From Lama guanicoe (Eukaryota): 41,205 nt of DNA. Position 1 is the stretch's first letter. Each line of letters opens with the position of its first letter. The stretch covers positions 459,698 to 500,902 of the forward strand of contig MU053823.1 of assembly GCA_013239625.1 (NCBI GenBank), given 5' to 3'. Shown here piece after piece: positions 11,853 to 24,217 of the stretch. A program made the position numbers and the translations under genes. Below the pieces are notes generated by a model. That model made no database searches and was not told the origin of the DNA. It saw nothing but the letters and a program-made list of their open reading frames with translations.

Positions 11853-12962
11853 CTGAAATATAAAAAGCACCCCCATCTTGTCACACCACCTTGAGATGCG
11901 ACCTTGGATGTAATGTCATGTTCTCTTCTATTAGGCACATCGAAAACACGGCATCTCAGGAAACTTTTTTTCTTTCTTTCCTATATCTCAGAGTTATCTG
12001 GGGAGATCCATCTGAATTATCAGTTTCTCTCACAAACATAGGGAAGACATTTTTCCCAACTCAGGTTATTTGGTTACCACTCTCTGTACCACTGCTTGAT
12101 GGTCTTGAATTCAGGCACAAATGTTTCCTTGTTTCTCTTTTAAAGGTTTCTCAATATATTCTAATCTTTCTGTCTCACACTTAGAGGTGACGTGTCCCAC
12201 TCATTAATCATTGTTATGCCTCAATGAACTCTAGCTAGATTTTTTTTCAGGTGTGGAAGCCTCAGATTGCCAAAAGGATTATTCTATTACCAACTCTGAG
12301 AAGAGAAATTTAGTCTCAGGATTCTTCCACATTAAATTTCACATACTAATACCTTATAAGAAAGAAATTCATATTTCCCGCAATGGCAACGTTAGCTTTA
12401 ACACTCTCTGTGTATCAAAGCTGTGACTCAGGGAAAACTCAGAGCTATGCTTTGTTTAAAGAAGTTTATTATCGTCTTTCGAATGTGGCTGAGTCATAAG
12501 TTTATCACGTCTGGTTATTTTTCACTCATTCCTAAAGTGTCAGTCCCTTTATCATGTAGATCCGCCCTTCCAGTGATCATGAAATAATATGTTCCATGAG
12601 AAAAGTCTCCTATTACATCTAGAAAATGGGTGTATAGTATAAAATAGGAAGATGAAATCAAAATGACAGATGAGTTCTCTGAACTTGTAACCAGTGTCTA
12701 TGAAAACATGTGACCTAGAGAAGACACTATAACAGAACAAAGCTGGAAGGTGATGTTTTTCAATAGAAACCAAAAGCCATAGAGGCAAAGATAGATAGAA
12801 AAAGCAATAATAATCATAGAAAATGGAGTTGGAAAAGCAAAAAGAAAGCATTGGAGCATGATAAGAGAGGAAAAAGACAATAAGGAAAGTAGTAGTTGTC
12901 CAGCTCTTAAATACCCACCTATTCGGGGTTGAATTAAATGTACACTGCGATCATATTCTTAC

Positions 12963-12990
12963 CTTAAGTTGGCATCTCCAGCTGCAGGAC
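12963..12990 (-). CDS. APOBEC1: APOBEC1 coding exon 2 (28 nt; GPAAGDANLR)
   Basis: Minus strand caacag|GTCCTGCAGCTGGAGATGCCAACTTAAG|gtaaga; phases match exons 1 and 3; resembles human GPSTGDPTLR. Confidence 0.92.
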
Positions 12991-13519
12991 CTGTTGACCG
13001 AGAGATGATCATGTCAAACTCCACCATATACAAATAGAACTATTAAGAAAAAAATGCTCTTTTCTTCTGGCTTTGCAAACCATATCAGAAAATGCGGTTG
13101 AAAGATTGTCTCCTGGATTAATTGGATTGACCAGTTCATTGGACTGAGAAAAGCAAGATTTTTAAGGGTTCTGCTGAAATTTATTTGCCCAACCCCAAAC
13201 CAGGTAATTCTCTTTAAGGCTCCAACAAGGATGTTTAAGGGCAAAGGAAAGCTAGTCCTCAGAGGATCCTAGGTGTAATTTCTGTGCACCCCCAGAGTAC
13301 CCTGAACTTCCTTCATCAGAGCAATTATCATGCCATTTTATGATTGCCCATTTACATGCCTATAAAAACACTGATGCATAAATTATACGAGCTATGGATT
13401 TTGTATATCTTGTTCCAGACCCTATTGCACTGCCTGAAACATGTTGGTTAGCAATAGATACTTACTGAACAGATGAATGAAATTCACTACTCTCTACTAA
13501 GATGAAGTATAGGTTAACG

Positions 13520-13775
13520 ATACTAAGCAGAGAAACTGGATCTCTCATACCTTGCTGGTGGGAACGTAAATTGGCACAGCCACTCTGGGAAACAGTTTGC
13601 AGTTTCTTAGGGAAAAAAAAAGAGTAAAAATGCACCTACCATACAACCCAGCAGTTACTCTCCTGGGCATGTATCTCAGAGATGGGAAAACATAGGTTCA
13701 CAAAAAAGCTTGTACACAAGTGTTCACATCAGCTTCGGTTGTAATAGTAAAAGCTGGAATGAGCTCAGATGTCCG
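13520..13775 (+). mobile_element. L1M ORF2 3' fragment in APOBEC1 intron 1
   Basis: gctggtgggaacgtaaattggcacagccactctggg...ctaccatacaacccagcagttactctcctgggc. Confidence 0.75.
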
Positions 13776-14026
13776 TGCAGTTTGAGACACAAAGCATAAG
13801 GTTCCCCCGTGTGATACCCCTTCTCAGTGGGTCAGAGACACAGACAGAAGTCATTTGTCCCCCTGGGGGTGAGGTGACGGTGCAGAGGTGCAGGCAGGAG
13901 GCTCCATCCCACCTCCCAGTCAGACCTTAACTTGGAGGACCCATTTTTGAACAAAGAAGAGTCATGAGAGCTGGGAGATACTTCCTTCAAAACAGGAGGT
14001 GCTTTGCCCAAGGCTCTGTGCATGAA

Positions 14027-14064
<38 letters not shown>
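14027..14064. repeat. (TG)n microsatellite
   Basis: Seen directly. Confidence 0.95.
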
Positions 14065-14066
<2 letters not shown>

Positions 14067-14174
14067 GAGGGGTACAGAATGTGCCACTGAAGCAGAGAAA
14101 AATTAGTTTGGTCTTTAGAGATTTGAGAATAAACTCCCCTCTTCCCCAAATCCCTTATTTTCCTACAGGCAGAG

Positions 14175-14632
14175 CCTCCCAGAAGAACTCAAAAGGAAAT
14201 CAGTTGCCATACATCTCATGGGGAGATAAATCAACCAGGGGAGACTGACTCTTACCAACTGAGACGCTCACTCAGACATTGTCCCAAACCGTTAAATGCC
14301 ATCTATTCTCCTAAGGGCTCATCTATCTCTCCTAAAAGTCATTTGTTTTCCCATAAGGGCTCTTCTGCCTCTCCACTTCTAAGATGTTAGAGAGAGGGAT
14401 AAAAAAAAGATGGTATGGAAAACAACCCAATTCTAATCCAAGTCCTTGAGTCACATTTCGGAGAATTCCTGTGTGTAATTTTGTCTTTTTTTTCTTGCTT
14501 GCTTGCTTTTTTTTTTCTTTTATCTTTCTTTCTTTCTTTTTTTTTTCTTTTTTTTTTTCTTTTGTCAGTTTAATTTGCAGGCCCCCAGAAACAAAATCTA
14601 AGAGAGTAGAAGAAACTTTTTTCCTCCCCAAT
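14175..14632 (+). mobile_element. MER34-like LTR fragment with internal T-rich tract
   Basis: Ends gtcagtttaatttgcaggccc...ttcctccccaa, like the 3' end of 6163-6710. Confidence 0.55.
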
Positions 14633-15784
14633 GGTGTGTGCGTATGTGTGCGTGCGCTGGGAGGTGTTGTGTACCACACAGTTTCCTGTAGATGGAAAAG
14701 GGTTCTAGCTGGGTTGTGAGGCTGAAAAAAATAAATCAGCCAGATATCTAGGAACGAGGACAAGAATCAGAAAATACTATCCTAAGTGTAACCTGAAGAA
14801 GAAACCTCATCCTTAGAAGAAAATGCAGGGAGTTTGCACGTGAGATGGAGGAGGAAGGGTGCCTAACACCTTGGGATGGGCCCTGCTCAGACATCAGTCC
14901 GACTTGGGGCCTTTGAACCAGCTGGTCCACTCAGAAGGGGACAGTCACTGATGACAGGGGAACTTCCTCTGAAGGAACTGAAGCAGCAGTGAGAACTTGG
15001 GGAAGAGACAGTGAGATAAACGCTCATGACCTACCCCAGGGGTGCGGGGCAAGAACACCAGCCACGTGGGTGGGGACGGTTTGAGGGATAAAACACATCA
15101 CCTTCAGGGGACGGTCCGGGAAAGTTACCCAGCTATTTCAATTAAATGAAGTCTTTAGTCTTTTCCCCAAAATACCAGTCACAAGAGGATTTTATTAGAG
15201 GGGAAATATAATGGAGAAAAAAGATACTGTTTCTTGAAACCCAAGACTGACGCCTGTGCTGCGTGCCGTCACCTCGTGAGTGTGGACCCCTTCAGGAGTC
15301 CTCTCACTGAACCGCCTTTCTTCCAGGTGTTTCTGCTTCCAGCCAGAAAGGCAGCAAGTGCCGGGTAAATGTGCCTAAAGCACTGTTTATGTCGTGTCTG
15401 TGCTATTCACAAATTCTCCAAAGATTTTTGTCTAATCGAAAAAAATCAGCTTGAGCCTGGCGGTCAAGGTCCTCAACAATATCGCCTCAAATTTGCTTCC
15501 TAATCTCACTGCAGATTATCTCCAAAACTCTCCTCTAGCCGAGCCAATTGATTCATTATATTCCAAACACGGTCTTGGTAAAGTCTCCTGAACTCTGTGT
15601 CAATCAACCTGGAACGGCCTCCTCTACGTCAATCCAAATTCTGACCTTTTAGGGTCCAGTTCAGATCCCACCTCACTTGAAAATCATTCTGTCCCACAAC
15701 ACGAAGCATCCTCCCTCTCCCATGAATTTTTCTAATATTAAGTAAAAGAACCTTAAATTATCAACTAAGATGCCCTTGTGTGTG

Positions 15785-16226
15785 TATATATATACAATGG
15801 AATACTACCCAATGACAAGAAAGAATGAAATACTGTCATTTGCAGCAACATGGATGGACCTGGAGAGCATCATACTAAGTGATGTTAGTCAAACAGAGAA
15901 AGGCAAATACCATACGATATCACTTACACGTGGGATCTAAAAAAATGGCACAAATGCACTTATTTACAAACAGACTCGCAGACATAGAAGGCAAATTTAT
16001 GATTACCAAAGGGGAAAAGAGGGTAGATGGATAAATTAGGAGTTTAGGATTAGCAGAAACAAACTACTCTACACAGAACAGATAAACTATAGGGTCCTAC
16101 GGTATAGCACAGGAAATTATATTCAATAGATTTTAATAACTTATGAGAAAGAATATGAAAAAGAATGTATATATGTATAACTGAATCACTATGCCAACAC
16201 AACACTGTAACTTCAAATTGAAAAAC
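15785..16226 (+). mobile_element. L1 3' end (ORF2 end and 3' UTR) in APOBEC1 intron 1
   Basis: tacaatggaatactac...catttgcagcaacatggatggacctggag...tatagcacaggaaattatattcaata. Confidence 0.85.
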
Positions 16227-16479
16227 AAAGTGCCCTTCGGCTGTCACTTCTGTGGCTATCTTAAACTTCCATTTAACAACTGTATTCTTTTTTAACTTAA
16301 TTTTTTCTTATTGTGAAACAAGCATTAACTTAGTGTCACTTGCTCAAAGTCATTTGTGGATGCAAACAGTTGGTATTAACAATAATAATAACAACAAATC
16401 TTGCTTGAGAATAATAATATAATAATATATTAATAAATAGAAAAGTTAGAAAACGTCCAGGAATACAAGCGCAAGCAGG

Positions 16480-16491
16480 ACACACACACAA

Positions 16492-16518
<27 letters not shown>
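16480..16518. repeat. (CA)n microsatellite near the exon 1 donor
   Basis: Seen directly. Confidence 0.95.
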
Positions 16519-16522
<4 letters not shown>

Positions 16523-16586
16523 TTTTGCATTCAAGAATATTGAGTTTTCAGGCCACCTCCGCGCACCGCAACCCCGGCCATCTCAC

Positions 16587-16602
16587 CTCTGTCAGAAGCC
16601 AT
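16587..16602 (-). CDS. APOBEC1: APOBEC1 coding exon 1 (ATGGCTTCTGACAGAG; MASDR/G)
   Basis: Minus strand reads AGAGCACC-ATG-GCTTCTGACAGAG|GTGAGA: strong Kozak context, 16-nt coding exon, canonical donor; joins exon 2 in frame. Confidence 0.93.
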
Positions 16603-16810
16603 GGTGCTCTGCCACTGGACTTTTTCCTCTGGAGCTATATATTATGCTGCTGCCAGCAACACGACATTGTTTCTGCGGGCGTGACCACTGCCACCTGTTT
16701 CGCCAGAGGATGACTCATTCCTGAGTCTCAGGCAGGTACTGGGCATCTAGCCTGTACCGACAGGTAGCCGGTGAAGACGGAAGTTAGTGTGGGGGTTGAT
16801 AAGAAAGCAT
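16603..16810 (-). promoter_or_regulatory. APOBEC1 5' UTR and proximal promoter
   Basis: Directly upstream of the ATG. AT-rich TAATATATAG element at ~16635-16644, AP-1 TGACTCA 16711-16717, ETS CGGAAGT 16778-16784, GATA GATAAG 16798-16803. The transcription start cannot be determined from sequence. Confidence 0.5.
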
Positions 16811-17564
16811 ATGATGTGAAAAATTCACCTAGTACCATGATTCCCTGAGAACATTCAAATTTCAAAGTTCTTCCTTGATGACATCTGAATGTAGTCATCT
16901 TTTCCTTTCCTTTAAATCAAAGGCAAGGCTGACCCATCATTCTTTACTGGAGAAAAGAGAGGAAGAAAGCAAAGAGAACTGACCTGTAAAGGTGTTCATT
17001 GTTACCCGGTGAAAACAATGTGGCCTTGCCCTTTAGTTATTATTCATTTATTTCTAACTTCCTCTTATTTCGCTCTTTGCCCCAGATCAGTGGGGAGGGG
17101 CACTGTTAGATGTAGTCAGGAGAACTTTGGTTTCTGAGTCAGGAAATTAGTGTACAAGTCTTGAGTGATTTCTCTTGCTTCTTGAAGCTGAGGTTAAGTG
17201 TCTGACCCAGTCCACTTGTGCTTTTTATCCTCCTTGAAAAACCGGATACTCTGTCCCCTATTGTCATTGCCTCCTATTGCCTGAACCCTGGATCAGGATC
17301 CTCTGGGTTTCGGCACACGCTCCCAGGCCACTCTCAAGACCTAAGTCTCCTTCTAGGATCTCAAATCTAGAGCCCCTGAACTTTGAGTCTCAAATCCCGT
17401 GACACCTACCCCTGAGCCCTAAACCTAAGGCTTTCCTTTATCATGAAAGTTACACTGGAGCCTGCAGCAGCTGTTCGGAGGAGCAGGTGAGAGCTTTGAA
17501 GAAGGGGCAGAAGTGACATATTATAAATATAGGTTCTTCAGGAGCCAAATGTTACAGCTAGGCG

Positions 17565-17720
17565 TGTGCGGCAGAGACAGTAATGGCCCCCCAAAGGTGC
17601 CCACCTCTCAACCCTGGAGCCTGTCAGGGTTTCACCCTACAGTAGCATAATGGACTTTGCAGATGTGATTAAGTTAAGACTCTCAGGGTAAGAAGATTAT
17701 GCTGGATCATCTGGTCTCAA
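17565..17720 (+). mobile_element. MLT1 (MaLR) LTR fragment
   Basis: taatggccccccaaagg...ggactttgcagatgtgattaagttaag...agattatgctggat. Confidence 0.7.
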
Positions 17721-17726
17721 TCTAGT

Positions 17727-17869
17727 CTTTTTCTTTTTTCAAAAAACTTTTTAGGGGGGCAGGTAGCTAGTTTTATTTGTGTGTTTATTTAATGGAGGCA
17801 CCGGGGATCGAACCCAGGGCATAGTGCATGCTAAGCAAGCACTCTACCACTGAGCTAGACCCTCCGCCC
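17727..17869 (-). mobile_element. Vic-1-like SINE
   Basis: ggggatcgaacccagg...ctctaccactgagcta. Confidence 0.85.
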
Positions 17870-17901
17870 TAGAATTGACTGTTGTATATTGACCTTATAA
17901 C

Positions 17902-18453
17902 TTTGGGAAGGAAGAAATTTTCCTTTAATTTCTTAGGTTCTTCTGGCTGATCTAAATTAGACGGACGAGACAGACAACAGAAGGAAATCAAATAGAAGTT
18001 TAATAACCTGTACACATGGAAGAGATCCAGGAAAACCGAGTAACCCACCCAGATGGCTGAAGCCCTCACCATGTACAGCATCTTCGGGGAAAGACCAAAG
18101 AGGATGCTGAGGGTAGTGGTTTGGGACCTCAAAGAGGAAGAAGGCAATTCACATCGAGATGGAAAAGCAAATGATAAATGAATGTTTGCTAGACCAAGCA
18201 GAGACAATGGGACACAGAGTGGCCTCTGTTCCCCAGGCCCTGCCTGGTTTCCCCCACCACACCTAGTCCAGATTCTTTGCAGACGTCTCTGGTGACAGCT
18301 CTCTTCTGGGAATGGGCCCTTTATCTAAATTCTTTAAGCAGCTAAGAGGGGAAGGTCAAAGTTTCTTCTTGAGTCTTTTTGGGTCCTGATTGCTTTCAGT
18401 TCAAAATTATCCACATGCCAAAGGTACAGTTCGGCAAATTTTGCTTCTGTACA
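17902..18453 (-). mobile_element. MER34/MER39-like solo LTR
   Basis: Reverse-similar to 6163-6710 along its length. Confidence 0.7.
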
Positions 18454-18563
18454 TAGTCAGCCTGTGAACTTGTTAAATTAATTTATTTCTAATATTTATT
18501 GGATAGATTCCTTAGGATTTTCCAGGCACAGGATTATGTTGTCTGTAAATAAAGACAGTTTGA

Positions 18564-18683
18564 GGGGGGAAGGTATAGCTTAACTGGTACAGCATCAAGG
18601 TCCTAGGTTCAATCCCCAGTACCTCCTCTTAAAAAATAGATAAATAAGTAAATCTAATTACCTCCCCCTCCAAAAAAAAAAAA
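18564..18683 (+). mobile_element. Vic-1-like SINE nested in L1
   Basis: gtatagct...ggttcaatccccagtacc; imperfect TSD aaagacagtttga / aaggacagtctga. Confidence 0.8.
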
Positions 18684-18825
18684 AGGACAGTCTGACTTCT
18701 CCCTTTCCAAACATGTGCCTTTTTATTTCTTCTTTTTGCCTTATTGGAATGGCTAAGAATGCCAATAAAATGTTCAACAGAAAAGATAAGAGTGAATATC
18801 CTTGCCTTGTTCCCAATTTTAGGGG

Positions 18826-19227
18826 TGTTAAGAGACAAAATTTGAGTAAATTTGAAGATCTAATTGGCTTTATTAGAAGATTCATGAACTGGGTGGCACC
18901 CCGTCCTGTCAATAAAAAGGAGCTCCAAAGAGCTAAAGAAAAGGAAGGATTTTGAAAGGCAGAGAGGGGGTGAGACAAGGAAGTCATAAACAAACAAACA
19001 AAAAAGGTTATTTATGGCAACCTTACCTTCCTTTGGGGGACAAAAGGGTCTGTGCGGCAGATTACCTGACTGATGCTGACCAGGAAATTCCAGACTGACC
19101 AGTTAAGATTACATTTCTGGGCAAAGTTGAAACTGCACTGAGATTAAGCAGGTATCAAGTCTTGGTTTGATGACATGGGCTTAGCGCAAGTGACTGCATT
19201 TGGGGCTTGTTGTTTCTTCTTTTAACA
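18826..19227 (-). mobile_element. Solo LTR (402 bp) nested in L1
   Basis: TGTTAA...TTAACA termini; 5-bp TSD AGGGG (18821-18825, 19228-19232); AATAAA near its minus-strand 3' end. Confidence 0.8.
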
Positions 19228-19475
19228 AGGGGAAGCATTCAGTTATTCATTTTTAAGTATGATATTAACTCTAGGTTCTTCACAGATGCCCTTTATCAGG
19301 CTTGAGAAGTTTCTATTTTGTTGAGACTTTTTGTCATGAATGGTTGCGAATTTTGTCATATAATTCTTTTGTCTCTGTTGGGATGAGTATATAATTTCCC
19401 TCTTTATTCTGTTAATATTGAATTGCTACATAACATTACCTATAAGTCTTCTAAGTTTATTCATATCTGTGGTTT

Positions 19476-20058
19476 TGTTGCCGAAACATCGGCCCCCATC
19501 CCTGACGAGCCAAATAACTCAGAGACAAGGTCTTGGAGTTTAGAAGAAAAGAGGCAATTTTATTGTGCTGTCCGGCAAAGGGGACTCATAGCAGGATAGC
19601 GCCTTCCAAACTGTGACCCCACCTTGGGGATGGGGTGGGGTGGTTATTGGGCCATAGCTCAAGCAATAAAGCATAGGCAACAATCAACAGAACCATTTTC
19701 TCATCAGAAGACTTAGAATGGCGTCATGATGCCTCCAGGCCACCGGCTCTATAGAGGCCAGCAGTTAGACAATAAGCACGCAACGTGAGGTCTTCTTGGT
19801 AATTCAGGCTACTTTGTAAGGTTGCAGTCCCGTGACCTTCTCCTTGGAGAAGGACTCAGAGACCAAGCTTGATTATTACTCTCAATGACTGGAATAAAGT
19901 AGAAACAGTAAGATCAATAGTTTCAGTTTCAACAATGGGCCTGGAACCGTGAGTAGCAACCTGTCAGTCAGGTCAGTTGACCGTTTTAAGGGCGAACATA
20001 AGAAGAAGCAATCTGTTAGCCTAAGTGCGGCCATTTTATTAATCCTCCTTCAGTTTCA
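19476..20058 (-). mobile_element. Solo ERV1-type LTR
   Basis: tgttgccgaaac...cagtttca termini; minus-strand AATAAA at ~19558-19563; no clear TSD. Confidence 0.65.
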
Positions 20059-20626
20059 TCGCCTTTCTCTTAATTTTGATTTTTTTCTCTTTCTATATTT
20101 TGAAGCATACGCAAGACTTCTACACAGAAATAGACCTACACATCTAAGGTTAATTTATTTTATTTATATAAAAATATTTTAACTGGAGCAAAAAACACAT
20201 AACAAAATTCAGTATCGTTAGAGGAGGAATAGTAGCTGAGGGCAAAGAAATGAATAAAGGGAAAAATCTGATATTACATGAAACCTCAGAAAAAGCTCAG
20301 AGCAAGAGATAATAGTGTCTCAAAAAAAAAAAAAAACCACAAAACAGAAATCATAGTGTTTCTTAGCTCAATTATACCAGAAATCCGAAAGGATAAAGCG
20401 GGAAGTGTGCTGAGCTCACTCCTGCTTTGGGGAGCTGACAAGATCTCCAGCGGAAACCTGCAAACCTGAGTCTCCTCCCCCTGAGACAGTTTCATATGAT
20501 ATGATAATGGACTGGACTAACTCTTAATGACTAAATGGAACTTCAGTAAAGTGCCTATAATTTTTTATTTTTATGACTGTATTGTTGAAAGGAACCCAAG
20601 TTTGAAGAGGGTGGATATTATAATAT

Positions 20627-20990
20627 TGTGGTTTATAATAAGAAATATATTTGTGGTCTTTCTCCCTGTTTCTGGCACAGAGCTTCTAAAATTCTTGGAA
20701 TTCTCTGAGAGAGGAAAGCTATAAAGCTGTATTTTATTATGTTAATGAGGGAGATTTTGGAAAGTCACTAGGTAACATAATGTGAGGGGCTGGTTGCCAG
20801 GGGAATAAACCATATGATTAGAAGTTTGGAGCTTTCAGCTCCATCCCACCACCCCTACTCCAGGGAGGGGAGAGGGGCTGCAGATTGAAGCAATAACCAA
20901 TGGCCAGTGATTTACCAATTATGATTATTTAATGAAGCCTCCACAGAAACTCAAAAGGATTGGGTTCCGAGAACTTCTGCGTGGGCAAGA
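20627..20990 (+). mobile_element. MER21-like LTR fragment
   Basis: Similar to 6867-7200. Confidence 0.7.
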
Positions 20991-21014
20991 ATGCTTCAGG
21001 AAGTTGTCAGGTAT

Positions 21015-21420
21015 CCACACAATGGGATATTATTCAGCTATAAAAAGGAATGAAGTGCTGATACCTGCTAAAACATAGATGAAACTTGAAAACATTATCC
21101 TCAGTGAAAGAACTCAGTTGCAAAAGGCCACATATTGTATGATTCCATTTATATGAAATTTTCAGCCTAGGCAAATCCACAGGGCTGGAAAGCATATTAT
21201 CATTGCCAGAGAATGGGGAGTGAGGTGGGGGAGAAGGCTCGGAGGGGATGTCTGTTAATAGTTATGGGGTGGATTGTGGGGGTAATGAAAATGTTTGGGA
21301 GTTAGATAGTGTTGATGGTTATACGCCTTGTGATTATAATTTTTAAAACTACTGCATTTTATGTTTTGAAATGGTGAATTGTATGGTACATGAATTACAT
21401 CCCCATTTTAAAAAAAGGTA
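21015..21420 (+). mobile_element. L1M 3' end
   Basis: tattcagctataaaaaggaatgaagtgctgatac...tgtatgattccatttatatgaa. Confidence 0.8.
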
Positions 21421-21704
21421 TTTTAAAAAAAGGTTAATTGGAGTACGGCAAGGCAAATCAAAGCAGAAGTGTTCCAAGGTCAGAGAATTGTTTTGCCTGA
21501 GGCAAGAGAGAATTCATTTCCACAAAGAGGTGACATGAACAGAATTCGGTCTTAGAAGTACTACTATAGCTACAACTCAGAGAACAGGTTGAAGGGGCGA
21601 TTCTAATAATAAACCTGTCATGGAGATACCAAAATGGAAAGAAATAGACGATGTGAGAAATCGGTCCCTTAAAAGGAACTGAATATTACAAAAGAGTTCG
21701 TGTC

Positions 21705-21850
21705 GGGGGAGGATATAGCTCAGTCGTAGAGCCAAGTGCTTAGCACGAACGAACGAGGTCCTGGGTTCAATCCCCAGTACCTCCATTAAATAAATAAGCA
21801 AATAAATAAACTTAATTGTCTCCCCACCAAGGTAAAAGAAGAAAAAAACA
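21705..21850 (+). mobile_element. Vic-1-like SINE
   Basis: ggggaggatatagctcag...ggttcaatccccagtacctccattaaataaataa. Confidence 0.85.
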
Positions 21851-22034
21851 CCGAAGGAGTTCATAGGTACTTATACACATAGGGCTATAAACAGAGACTG
21901 CCCCCTCCTCCGCCTGCCCCCCAAAAAGAAAAAAATATCTGGCTCAAGAGAAATGTGTTCTTCACAAGCTCAGAGTTTAGACGGCAGGGATTCCATGAAG
22001 CAACTGAAGTTATATGCAAAACATTGTGTGTTAG

Positions 22035-22133
22035 GGGGCAGTGGGTATAGCTCAGTTGGTGGAACTCATGCTGACTATGCACGAGGTACTTGGTTCAATT
22101 CCCAGGTCCTCCACTTGGGGAAAAAAAAAAAAA
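22035..22133 (+). mobile_element. Degenerate Vic-1-like SINE
   Basis: gggtatagctcagttggt...ggttcaattccc followed by an A tail. Confidence 0.75.
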
Positions 22134-22971
22134 GAAGAAGCCAAAATACTGTGTTTTTATGTGGATTATTTTCTGGGGGAGACTCCATATGTTTTATCAG
22201 TTTCTCATTAGGAACCTTGATCCTCCAGATGTAAAGAACCATACATGGTTTAATAAATTTGCCCTTCCCTGTTTCAATCAGCAGAGGGCAGAAAAGCAAT
22301 ACAATTAGCAGAGCCAACCGCCAATAGATAATTTTCTAAGCCTCCTCAAGTCCTGTCTCAGTTCCTGCCATCTGTTTCCTGCCTTTGCTCTCCCTGTTCC
22401 CTAAGCTAAAATTCCCCAACTGCAAGCCCCCTCTTCCTCTGCCAACCTCCTGCGATCTCTGACTACCCATCTCAGTGCAGCCCTACTTCTTTAATTTAGA
22501 TGGGGTCACTCTGCCTTTCATACTCCATTTGCATTCTGTGTACACCTGTGGTAGTTACAGTCTTCCTTTCAAAACAGCTATGAATCTAATGATTATTGTT
22601 GGGGGTGGGGGTTAAGGATGAAAATAATAGACTGTGGCTAAACAATCATTCTTAAATAATTTTTCTCTAAGAAATGTGTGCATCTTTCTCAAAAAGATAC
22701 ATTTCCATTATTGCTACATGACAAATGTAATGGTTGTCTTACTTTTTTTTTTTTTGTCCAAAACAGTCATACCATCTTACTGCTTAATGTTCCCAAACAA
22801 CTAAACAGGCAAACAAAAAAGAGTGGGAGAATGCGATCTGTTCACCAATCCCACTTAAAATTCGGGAATGTATGTATGATTGCATGTGATTTTGCTGATC
22901 AATTCTGCCCAGAAAAAGTGACAAAAGCAACAGATCCCAGCCATTTTTTATTCAAGTAGATGCCTATTTTC

Positions 22972-23050
22972 TTTTTATTTTATTTTTTATTGAAGCGCAG
23001 TTGATTTACAGTATCAGTGTCAGGTGTACAGTAAAGCAATTTAGTTATAC

Positions 23051-23081
<31 letters not shown>

Positions 23082-23144
23082 TTTTCATATTCTTTTCCAT
23101 TATAGCTTATTACATGACATTGAATATAGTTCCCTGTGCTAGAC
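22972..23144 (-). mobile_element. L1 3'-end insertion (copy at 27922-28094; partial at 33441-33486)
   Basis: 17-bp direct repeat AGTAGATGCCTATTTTC (22955-22971, 23145-23161). Confidence 0.8.
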
Positions 23145-23900
23145 AGTAGATGCCTATTTTCAATCAAACTCTTCTCCAAAATCTGCACATTCAGATCTTA
23201 GACACGTGTTCCACGTGTTCCACTCACAAGCACAGCACAGAAACCTTTGCGGTGATAGTTGAAGTGCTCAGTATTGCCCTGAGTAGAAAATAAAGTGGTA
23301 ACGAAATAATCCACGAATAACCCTTGGTGTCCTGATATTTATGCCTCATTTTCTTGTTTTAAAAGAAACAATATTGAGGCCTGACCTGATCTGGGGATGC
23401 ATGATTTGATGACAAACTACCCAAAGGCAGAATCTGTGCCTTTCTCTCTACCTTTCAAGGCATTCAATAAATGTCAAATTGAATTGAACTAAATTGATGG
23501 TGCAATTTCAAACTAAACCAGCCTGTGGCATGAGGATGCGCCTGTCATTAAATAAGACCATGAGTCTTGAAATGTCGTGACATAGCTGTGCTATATACAC
23601 ATTGTGTATAATTTATTTATATTTTGGAATTTATATTTCATCCCATTCTGCCCAAATTGCAGTATATAACTTGACTTACCAGGTACATGTTTATTTATAG
23701 ACTCATTTAACTGGACATTTAAGATTTTTAAAAAGTACATAAGATAAATAATACGGGAAGGAAGCCAGAAGGCTTGTAATGTGTGCTCCTCTCCATCTTC
23801 AGGTGTGATGACAGTCTCAGCAGACAATGTGATTGACTTAGGAGTGAACAAACCTGCCAATGACAGAACTACTGGGGAAGGAAACGGCCACTGTCTTTTT

Positions 23901-24099
23901 TTTTTTTTTTTTTGAAGTATAGTCAGTTACAATGTGTCGATTTCTGGTGCACAGCATAATGCCCCAGTCATGCATATATATACGTATATTAGTTTTCATA
24001 TTCTTTTTCATTAAATGTTATTGTACGATATTGAATAAGTCCCCCATGCTATACAGAAGAAATTTGTTTTCTATTTATTTTTGTATATAGTGGTTATCA
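23901..24099 (-). mobile_element. L1 3'-end insertion (copies in units 2 and 3; partial at the start of unit 4)
   Basis: Poly-T; 14-bp TSD GCCACTGTCTTTTT (23887-23900, 24100-24113). Confidence 0.85.
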
Positions 24100-24217
24100 G
24101 CCACTGTCTTTTTAGTGACTTTTAAAAATAACATGAATATTTTAAACACAGACCCCATCCTCCCAAATCAAAATCTATTTCTTCGACTCAGGAGATCTGT
24201 CAGTAACAATTCTGTTC

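Larger units (their letters stand above)
18460..19430 (-). mobile_element. Old L1 ORF2 (RT region) fragment interrupted by a SINE and an LTR
   Basis: ORF 18658..18993 PLKLGTRQGYSLLSFLLNILLAFLAIPIRQKEEIK matches L1 RT [31 protein letters not shown]. Confidence 0.85.

Noticed and set aside
11378..11938. 186-aa ORF as a standalone single-exon deaminase
   Set aside because: It is APOBEC1 exon 3 plus intron read-through at both ends; the splice sites give the canonical 398-nt exon.
14332..14763. 143-aa lysine-rich ORF
   Set aside because: Translation of a T-rich low-complexity tract within an LTR fragment.
21705..21785. tRNA-like sequences here and at ~3720-3790, 17800-17865, 24330-24400 and 24945-25015
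   Set aside because: Diverged SINE heads with A-rich tails and TSDs, not functional tRNA genes.
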